Source of the DNA: Candidatus Latescibacterota bacterium
GTDB taxonomy: Bacteria; Latescibacterota; UBA2968; UBA8231
Length of the DNA: 11,873 nt
Direction: 5' to 3'
Assembly (NCBI GenBank): GCA_965205655.1
Contig: CBDBIJ010000050.1
Location: 1 to 11,873 of the forward strand
A program made the translations under genes and the position numbers. Positions 6,289-11,873 of this stretch are shown here, piece after piece (within the stretch, counting starts at the first letter, position 1; the number at the start of each line of letters is the position of its first letter). Under the pieces are notes generated by a model. It saw only the letters and a program-made list of their open reading frames with translations, was not told where the DNA came from and made no database searches.

Positions 6289-8070
6289 TCAGGGTCCGTC
6301 TTCATCTTCATAGACCGGCTCACCCCGGTGGAGCCGGGTCGCGATCCTCAGCGTCTGCTGTCTTTCACGTTGGGTAGGGGCGTGGGCTGCCAGGTATCGC
6401 GCCGCCGCCGTCGCGATCAGTCGCCTCGCTTCCACGTCCACGGACGCGTCCGCGTCTCCCTCCATCTCGCCGAACTGCCTGATCGCCGCCTCGAGCATCT
6501 GAAAGCTGTGGAACTCCGCATCCTCCCGCAGCAGCGATTCGGCGAGCACCGGAAACAGTGATCGGCTGTCGCCACCGTTTTCCAGATACTCGTACACCAG
6601 CTGTCCCGCCTCGTCCACCATTTGCTGCTGGTCGAGGAGCGCGAGATACCTCGTCAAAGGGCTCGCGGCCTTGCGCTTGGCCGCATCATTGAGACTGGCG
6701 GCGGGCGCCGGAAGCCTCGCAGCCGGCACGTTCAGGAATCGATCCAGGTAGACCCGCATAGCCCCGTGGTATACCCCGCGTGTCAGGTCAGCTCTCGGCT
6801 CGCAGCGTTTCAGAAGTTGATGCAGCCCGTTTGCATAGGTGAAGGTGTGGAGCACGCCGATCCAGTCTGAGAATTCGTTCTGCGTGTGGAATTTCGCAAC
6901 TCGAAGGGCCGCTGCGTAGGCCACGCTCTGTGCCAGTTGCACCGGCCGTGCGCCCGCGGAGACGGCGCGATTGAGCCCGGTCACGATCGCGTTGGCATCG
7001 TCACTCAACAGCAGATCGATGAAGTCCTGATCTCGCTGCCATGACAGACCCTCCCCTGCCTTCAAGAGCTCCGCTGTCGAGGCGAAGGCATCTTTCAGGA
7101 GTGTGACCAGGTCGACCGGCGAGCGCCATGCGTTCGACTCTTCACTGCGCTGTGCGCTGCTCAGCTGGGCCACCAGCGCCGTCAGCAGCTCGCCGGCGTG
7201 CTGCCACCCGATTCGGTCGAGTGCCTCGAAGGCCTTGTTGATGAAATCGACCACGTGTCCACCCGAGAGGTAGTAGTGGTCGGTGGCCGCTGTAAACATC
7301 ATCTCGGCCAGTTGAGAATCTGTCGCCCCCAGTCGCACCGCCGTCAGCAGACAGCGCTTGGCGCCGTCTTGATTGCGGACCTCGACGAGGTCGCGAAACC
7401 ACGACGTGAGTGCCGGCAGGGTGATATCGGCGCTTTCCAGGGGCCGCAGCATGATCGTCGGCGGCTGGCCGGCGCAGTCCGATGCCACTTCCACGAGACC
7501 CTGGTAGAGTGGTGCGATTCGGTCCTGCCCCTCGAGGTGGTCCACTACATTCGCCATGGCCGTAAGAATCGTCAGCCCGTTCGACCACCCGCCCCGTCGC
7601 CGCCGCACGCCGTAGAGAGCACCCCTGGTTACGATCTCCCTCGTTTCCGCATTGGCGTGAATGAGAGCGACCACAGCCTTGGCGATGACGAGCCGAATGT
7701 TGAGGTCCATGCCCTCGTGCAGACGGCGCATCCCGTGCTCCACGGGATCCCTGCCGGTGACGACGGTCTGCAGATAGACCCGGCCATCGCGCACTTCGAG
7801 GGGATAGCTGTTCACGTCGTCGGCGAACAGGTCGAAGGTACAACCGCTCTTCAATTCGAAGCGGGCGTGGTGCCAGTGGCAGGTTAGGATCCCGTCCTTG
7901 ATGGTGCCACGGTGCAGCGGGAATCCCATGTGCGGACAGCGGTTGTCGACAGCGTGAATGCCGCCTTCGTGGCAAAAGACGACGATGGGCACCCTCCCCT
8001 CGGTGACGACGATCCGTCCCCTTTGCCGCAGCTCCTCCACCGAGCAGATATCGAGTATGTCCGTCGCCAT
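6289..8070 (-). CDS. Rieske [2Fe-2S] (NirD/ferredoxin-type) domain fused to a long all-helical domain of unknown function
   Basis: AVDNRCPHMGFPL...LTCHWHHARF gives CxH-x16-CxxH within the first ~100 aa. The remaining ~490 aa look helical with repeated His motifs and show no recognisable ring-hydroxylase catalytic domain. Confidence 0.88.
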   Translation of the reverse strand: MATDILDICSVEELRQRGRIVVTEGRVPIVVFCHEGGIHAVDNRCPHMGFPLHRGTIKDGILTCHWHHARFELKSGCTFDLFADDVNSYPLEVRDGRVYLQTVVTGRDPVEHGMRRLHEGMDLNIRLVIAKAVVALIHANAETREIVTRGALYGVRRRRGGWSNGLTILTAMANVVDHLEGQDRIAPLYQGLVEVASDCAGQPPTIMLRPLESADITLPALTSWFRDLVEVRNQDGAKRCLLTAVRLGATDSQLAEMMFTAATDHYYLSGGHVVDFINKAFEALDRIGWQHAGELLTALVAQLSSAQRSEESNAWRSPVDLVTLLKDAFASTAELLKAGEGLSWQRDQDFIDLLLSDDANAIVTGLNRAVSAGARPVQLAQSVAYAAALRVAKFHTQNEFSDWIGVLHTFTYANGLHQLLKRCEPRADLTRGVYHGAMRVYLDRFLNVPAARLPAPAASLNDAAKRKAASPLTRYLALLDQQQMVDEAGQLVYEYLENGGDSRSLFPVLAESLLREDAEFHSFQMLEAAIRQFGEMEGDADASVDVEARRLIATAAARYLAAHAPTQRERQQTLRIATRLHRGEPVYEDEDGP

Positions 8071-8073
8071 GGC

Positions 8074-8691
8074 TCAAAGAGCTGACCGTGTCGGGGTCGG
8101 CGCTCCTCCTTCACGATCTTCCGCCAGCAGCTCCTCTACCTGTTGCTGAAACACCAGTTCGTCTGACGGACTGCCGAGTCGAGCGTGCCGAATGACACCA
8201 CGCTTGTCAATAAGATAGGTTAGCGGGATCGCTGAGATTCCACCGTAGTCGCCGTTCACTTTGTCGTCACCCATGGCCACGGGGAAGTTGAGCCCCTTCA
8301 CAGTGTAGAAGGATCTCACCTTGTCCTCACTGTCCCTCACGGCGATTCCGATGACAGTGAAATCTTCGGGACCATAGCTCGACTGCAGTGAGACGAAGGT
8401 CGGCATCTCCTTTACACAGGGCCCACACCACGTAGCCCAAAAGTCGAGCAGCACGACCTGTCCGCGATAGTCGGACAGACGCACCTCGTTGCCGTCCAGG
8501 TCGGCCAGAACGAAGTCCGGCGCCACCTCGTGCTCATCCAGCAGCCCTCCTCCGAATGGGGACCAGTCCGATACCGTCAGCTCGAGGGCGTCGAGATCGA
8601 TTCCCGCCCTGATGACGACGGCGATTGTCGTCGCGGCGAGAGCAACGCAGAGACCCAGACCAGCTGCCCGGTTCGCTTCATCTGTCATCAC
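8074..8691 (-). CDS. TlpA/ResA-like thiol-disulfide oxidoreductase with N-terminal membrane anchor or signal
   Basis: APDFVLADLDG...VVLLDFWATWCGPCVKEMP, cis-Pro loop AIPLTYLIDKRG, hydrophobic N-terminus GLGLCVALAATTIAVVI. GAGAGGG precedes GTG8691/ATG8688. Confidence 0.93.
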   Translation of the reverse strand: MMTDEANRAAGLGLCVALAATTIAVVIRAGIDLDALELTVSDWSPFGGGLLDEHEVAPDFVLADLDGNEVRLSDYRGQVVLLDFWATWCGPCVKEMPTFVSLQSSYGPEDFTVIGIAVRDSEDKVRSFYTVKGLNFPVAMGDDKVNGDYGGISAIPLTYLIDKRGVIRHARLGSPSDELVFQQQVEELLAEDREGGAPTPTRSAL

Positions 8692-8815
8692 GCCCTCTCA
8701 CATCAAATCTCCTTGGAGTTTCCGTCAGCGTTCGCTAACATAGTAAATTCGTGGACGGCTACGCACATGCGGTTGACTCACCGCCTCATCAAATTCTCTG
8801 GAAGCGGGTTCCCCG

Positions 8816-9130
8816 ATGAGCGCAACTCCCGGTTTTTCCGTAGGTGATCTGGTGCATCACAAGCTGTTCGACTATCGCGGCGTCGTGATCGATGTCAATG
8901 ACCGTTTCATGCTGTCTGAGGAGTGGTACGAAAACGTGGCGCGATCACGGCCGCCGAAGAACAAGCCATGGTACCGGGTTCTCGTCCACGATGCGACTCA
9001 TGAGACCTACGTCGCCGAGCGCAATCTGGAACCCGATGCGAGCGGCGAACCCGTCGCTCATCCACTCGTCGAGATCCTGTTCACGAGTTTGAGGGACGGA
9101 AGTTATGTTCCCGCCGCGAGACGTAACTGA
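8816..9130 (+). CDS. hspQ: Heat shock protein HspQ (YccV-like domain)
   Basis: 104 aa with FSVGDLVHHKLFDYRGVVIDV, PWYRVLV, TYVAERNLEPD and HPLV, the typical HspQ pattern and length. Confidence 0.92.
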   Translation: MSATPGFSVGDLVHHKLFDYRGVVIDVNDRFMLSEEWYENVARSRPPKNKPWYRVLVHDATHETYVAERNLEPDASGEPVAHPLVEILFTSLRDGSYVPAARRN

Positions 9131-9156
9131 AGCCTCTCTCAGAGGTCCGAACACAA

Positions 9157-10032
9157 TCATCCTTCTATCACGCCCTTCAGAAAATCGACATCACTCTGTA
9201 AGACCTCCCTGCGCTCTGCTTCGCCAAGCCGACCGAGCGATTCGTCTTCGATGCAGATGTCGCCTTCGTAGCCGGCGTCTTTGAGGAACCCGACGATGCG
9301 GGCGACGTCCAGGTCTCCGTCGGGAATCGGACAGACATACTCACGATACTTCCAGCCGACCTCGCGTCGTTGCTGCCTCGTGTCTACCGGATAGTTGATG
9401 TTCTTGATGTGGGTATGCTTCGTGTGTGGCGCGAAATGTTCGAGGATCTCGTAGACCTCGCCGATCGGGTAGCCGTACCAGTAGAAGTTGCCGGTATCCA
9501 GCGTCATGCCCAGCCGCGGAGAGTTCACGCCATCGAGAACGGCATCGAGAAACTCGCGCTGGTTGCCGATTGCCCCGTGATTCTCGATGCCCAGCGGGAC
9601 ACCAGACGCCTCGGTCGCTTCCAAAACCTGCGTCACCCCGCGTTTGAACCGCTCGACACAGGTATCCAGGTCCAGCTCATTTCCGCCCCTCATAGCCGAA
9701 TCGATGCGCACCGCCTTGATGCCCAGAGCGCCGGCCGCATTTACTGCGCTGACGCACCACGCCACCTCGCTCTTGAGATCCTCTGCGTTGAAGTCGTTCC
9801 CCAGCAGCAGGGCCGATACATGGATTCCCGCCTCGTCCAACTCAGCCCGGAATTGCTGTCGAGCCTCCTCGGACGTCAGCCGAAAGGATTCGCCTGCCTG
9901 AGTGGGCGACCTGACCGCGCACTGACGACTGAAATCCATTTCAACGCCGGAGAGTCCGAGGGCCTTCGCGCCGTCTGCGATTGACCGATATCCAGCCCCA
10001 AGGAGAGAGCTATCCCGGATCGAGGCGTACAT
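9157..10032 (-). CDS. Sugar phosphate isomerase/epimerase family protein (xylose-isomerase-like TIM barrel)
   Basis: Metal-ligand motifs IENHG, LDTGNF, HTHIKN and ICIEDE. Strong RBS AAAGGAG 5 nt before ATG10032 (MYASIRD...), preferred over ATG10059. Confidence 0.9.
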   Translation of the reverse strand: MYASIRDSSLLGAGYRSIADGAKALGLSGVEMDFSRQCAVRSPTQAGESFRLTSEEARQQFRAELDEAGIHVSALLLGNDFNAEDLKSEVAWCVSAVNAAGALGIKAVRIDSAMRGGNELDLDTCVERFKRGVTQVLEATEASGVPLGIENHGAIGNQREFLDAVLDGVNSPRLGMTLDTGNFYWYGYPIGEVYEILEHFAPHTKHTHIKNINYPVDTRQQRREVGWKYREYVCPIPDGDLDVARIVGFLKDAGYEGDICIEDESLGRLGEAERREVLQSDVDFLKGVIEG

Positions 10033-10084
10033 GTGAACTCCTTTCAATGTCTGCAGCATTGTCTTGACTGACGACAGCCATCCC

Positions 10085-10270
10085 TTATCCGAGTTGAACC
10101 TTCAGGGTTTTCACATCCACTCCAAGACTCAAGAGGATCTCACTGGCCATCCCCTCAATATTGAGCAAGGCGCGGAGAATATCCGTTTCATCGTCCTCAT
10201 CCCCTCGTTTCTCCGCTAACTCCTTAGCTTGCTCAATGGTTTTGCTGGCCCGGGGTGTCATCTCCGGCAT
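10085..10270 (-). CDS. Stand-alone single Clp N-terminal repeat protein (61 aa)
   Basis: MTPRASKTIEQAKELAEKRG...DILRALL...EGMASEILLSLGVDVKTLKVQL follows the ClpC/ClpA N-domain repeat pattern (TPRAKKVLE.A..EA...G....TEHILLGL..EG.A..IL..LGVD). Start ATG10270 or TTG10276. Confidence 0.72.
   Translation of the reverse strand: MPEMTPRASKTIEQAKELAEKRGDEDDETDILRALLNIEGMASEILLSLGVDVKTLKVQLG
10154..10165. promoter_or_regulatory. 12-bp perfect palindrome CTCAATATTGAG (possible operator, copy 1)
   Basis: Shares the 10-bp core TCAATATTGA with 10272-10283; lies inside the Clp-repeat ORF. Confidence 0.3.
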
Positions 10271-10271
10271 T

Positions 10272-10283
10272 GTCAATATTGAC
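10272..10283. promoter_or_regulatory. 12-bp perfect palindrome GTCAATATTGAC (possible operator, copy 2)
   Basis: Directly upstream of the Clp-repeat ATG in the divergent gap. Overlaps TTGACA on the minus strand and TTGACT on the plus strand. Confidence 0.4.
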
Positions 10284-10323
10284 TTTGCGGCCTTGATTGG
10301 TGGGCTGGAGTAAACCCTATTAA

Positions 10324-10980
10324 ATGCGTATGGAACGGCGCTTTATTCTGTGGGATCACGACGGCGTTCTCGTCGACACGGAGCGATGGTACTACAGGGC
10401 GACGAAAGAAGCCCTTGTTTCGTTAGGAGTCGATCTGGACGAGGCGACCTATCTTGAATTTCAAGCCCGCGGCCAACCCTGCTGGGATCTCGTTGAGAGC
10501 AGGGCAACGAGGGCAGAGGTAATCGATCGCCAGCGACGGCGACGGAACGAGATCTATCAGGAGTACCTCCGAACTGAATCTATTGAGATCGACGGTGTCG
10601 CGGAGGTACTCTCGGAGCTGTCAGAACGATTTCGGATGGCCGTCGTCACTACCTCTCGACGCCAGGATTTCGACCTCATCCACGAATCCCGCAGCATTCT
10701 CGAGTTCTTGGAGTTCATCCTCACCGTTGAAGACTACCCACGGACAAAGCCACATCCAGATCCGTACCAAGCGGCACTCCAACGATTTGGTGCGGCGGCT
10801 GAGGAAGCCGTTGCGGTCGAGGACTCGGCTCGCGGCCTGCGATCTGCAGTGTCCGCCGGCATCGACTGCGCCATAGTCACGAACTCTTTTACCGCCAGCC
10901 AGGACTTCTCCGGTGCCTGGCGTATCGTGGATTCGATTCGCGCGCTGCCGGCGTTGCTCAGGGAGTGGCCAGTGCCGTAG
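10324..10980 (+). CDS. HAD-superfamily hydrolase, subfamily IA (beta-PGM/CbbY-like phosphatase)
   Basis: Motif I WDHDGVLVDT, motif II VVTTS, motif III TKPHPDPY, motif IV VEDSARG. Start ATG10324 or ATG10330. Confidence 0.93.
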   Translation: MRMERRFILWDHDGVLVDTERWYYRATKEALVSLGVDLDEATYLEFQARGQPCWDLVESRATRAEVIDRQRRRRNEIYQEYLRTESIEIDGVAEVLSELSERFRMAVVTTSRRQDFDLIHESRSILEFLEFILTVEDYPRTKPHPDPYQAALQRFGAAAEEAVAVEDSARGLRSAVSAGIDCAIVTNSFTASQDFSGAWRIVDSIRALPALLREWPVP

Positions 10981-10988
10981 CCTGCAAC

Positions 10989-11873
10989 TCAGAACTCGAA
11001 CACGCCCTTCCCTGTCGTCTGAGTGTCGAACAGCTCGTAGGCTGTCTTGGCTTCCTCGAGTTTGAAGCGGTGCGTAAAGATGCGATCCAGTTTAATGCCG
11101 CGATCCGCAATGAACTCGGCGCACGCACGCTGCCCGAGGTGGGAAAAAGTCCAGGACCCGAGCAGGGTCAGCTGCTTGCGTATGATGTCCTGGCTCACGT
11201 CCAGGGTCACGGTGTTGCCCTCACCCACGTAACACACGGTGCCCCAGGTCTTCGTCGCTCTCACCGCCTGCACCCGCGCTTCCGGATGCCCGCTGCAGTC
11301 GAGCGCCATGTCCACGCCGCGTCCCTGCGTGAGCTCTCGAAGTACTTCCACCGGATTCGCCTGCTTGCCGTTGACGATGGTGTCGGCGCCAAACTCCCGG
11401 GAAAGCGCCAGGCGTTTTGCTTCCACGTCCACTGCTATCACCCGCGCGCCAATGGCGCTGCCAAGCATCGTGGCGCTCAAGCCCACGGGCCCCTGGCCGA
11501 ACACGGCCAAGGTTTCCGCGCCGGTCAGATTCATGCGCTTGATGGCGCCGAAGGCGGTTCCGGTTCCACAGGACACGGCCGCCCCCTCGGAGTAGGACAG
11601 CGAATCCGGCAACGGCACCAGGGTCTTGGCGGGCACCTTCATATAGGGGGTATGGGCTCCGTGGCCGGTGACACCGTAGACGACGACGCTCTCGTCACAC
11701 AGCTGCGACCATCCGGATCGGCAGCTTGGACAAACACCGCAACCGTTGTAGTGGTGGCACATCACGTTGGCCCGCATGGGCGCCAGGGCTTCCGGAACGG
11801 CGCTGCCGCGCTCGGCCACCACCCCGCAGGGCTCGGGGCCGGCAATCACCGGACTGCCGTCGCCTCCCAGACC
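10989..11873 (-). CDS. Zinc-binding medium-chain dehydrogenase (5'-truncated)
   Basis: The frame is open to the window edge (GLGGDGSPVIAGPEPCGVV). Structural-Zn motif CGVCPSCRSGWSQLC and Rossmann motif VFGQGPVG with acidic AVD (NAD-type). The catalytic GHE motif reads GPE. Confidence 0.92.
   Translation of the reverse strand, partial: GLGGDGSPVIAGPEPCGVVAERGSAVPEALAPMRANVMCHHYNGCGVCPSCRSGWSQLCDESVVVYGVTGHGAHTPYMKVPAKTLVPLPDSLSYSEGAAVSCGTGTAFGAIKRMNLTGAETLAVFGQGPVGLSATMLGSAIGARVIAVDVEAKRLALSREFGADTIVNGKQANPVEVLRELTQGRGVDMALDCSGHPEARVQAVRATKTWGTVCYVGEGNTVTLDVSQDIIRKQLTLLGSWTFSHLGQRACAEFIADRGIKLDRIFTHRFKLEEAKTAYELFDTQTTGKGVFEF

Larger units (their letters stand above)
6210..6302. repeat. Three related tetraloop inverted repeats between convergent genes
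   Basis: GCGGACTC-gcta-GAGTCCGC (6210-6229); GCGGCTTC-gtca-GAAGCCGC (6255-6274); AAGACGGACCC-gtca-GGGTCCGTCTT (6277-6302). All three stems are perfect. Confidence 0.85.

Noticed and set aside
6210..6302. Mini CRISPR array
   Set aside because: The units differ in sequence, the gaps are 25 and 2 nt, and no cas genes are present.
6235..6561. 108-aa + strand ORF near the TATAAT box
   Set aside because: Its ATG lies upstream of the putative -10, it runs through the hairpins, and it is antisense to the Rieske gene.
7142..8077. 311-aa minus ORF and 229-aa plus ORF (7198..7887) overlapping the Rieske gene
   Set aside because: Alternate-frame or antisense shadows with Arg/Gly/Pro-rich composition and no family motifs.
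8723..8784. Short inverted repeats in the TlpA/hspQ gap (GTCAGCG-tt-CGCTAAC; GCGGT-TGACTC-ACCGC) and a TTGACT hexamer
   Set aside because: Stems are short or imperfect, there is no -10 at proper spacing, and they do not match CIRCE or sigma32 consensus.
9133..9145. CCTCT-ctc-AGAGG hairpin between hspQ and the isomerase
   Set aside because: A 5-bp stem with no U-tract is too weak to call a terminator.
10292..10323. RpoH-like CTTGAT...CCCTATT upstream of the HAD gene
   Set aside because: The spacer is longer than consensus, and the -10 lies too close to ATG10324 to support a call.
10324..10980. HAD phosphatase as part of the ether-lipid pathway
   Set aside because: It lies over 6 kb from AGPS, is separated by unrelated genes, and is a generic subfamily IA enzyme.

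Overview
Gene-dense, GC-rich bacterial window (short intergenic gaps, no introns) with about 11 CDS, two of them cut by the window edges. In order: sarcosine-oxidase-type flavoprotein (+, 5'-truncated); an apparently frameshifted small lipoprotein gene (+); a two-gene minus-strand unit encoding an alkyl-dihydroxyacetone-phosphate synthase (AGPS) very like the animal peroxisomal enzyme and a DHRS7B/PexRAP-like SDR; a divergent cobalamin-binding radical SAM protein (HpnP/DUF4070-like); three covarying hairpins; a TlpA redoxin plus Rieske-helical-repeat protein (-); hspQ (+); a xylose-isomerase-like TIM barrel (-); a stand-alone single Clp-N repeat with two TCAATATTGA palindromes; a HAD hydrolase (+); and a Zn-dependent dehydrogenase (-, 5'-truncated) whose GHE motif reads GPE. 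The best candidate for a new system is AGPS + SDR, possibly with the radical SAM gene: a eukaryote-style DHAP route to ether lipids in a bacterium, perhaps with a lipid-tailoring methylase. Family calls rest on motif recognition from memory; no searches were run. No RNA genes, CRISPR arrays or mobile elements were recognised.
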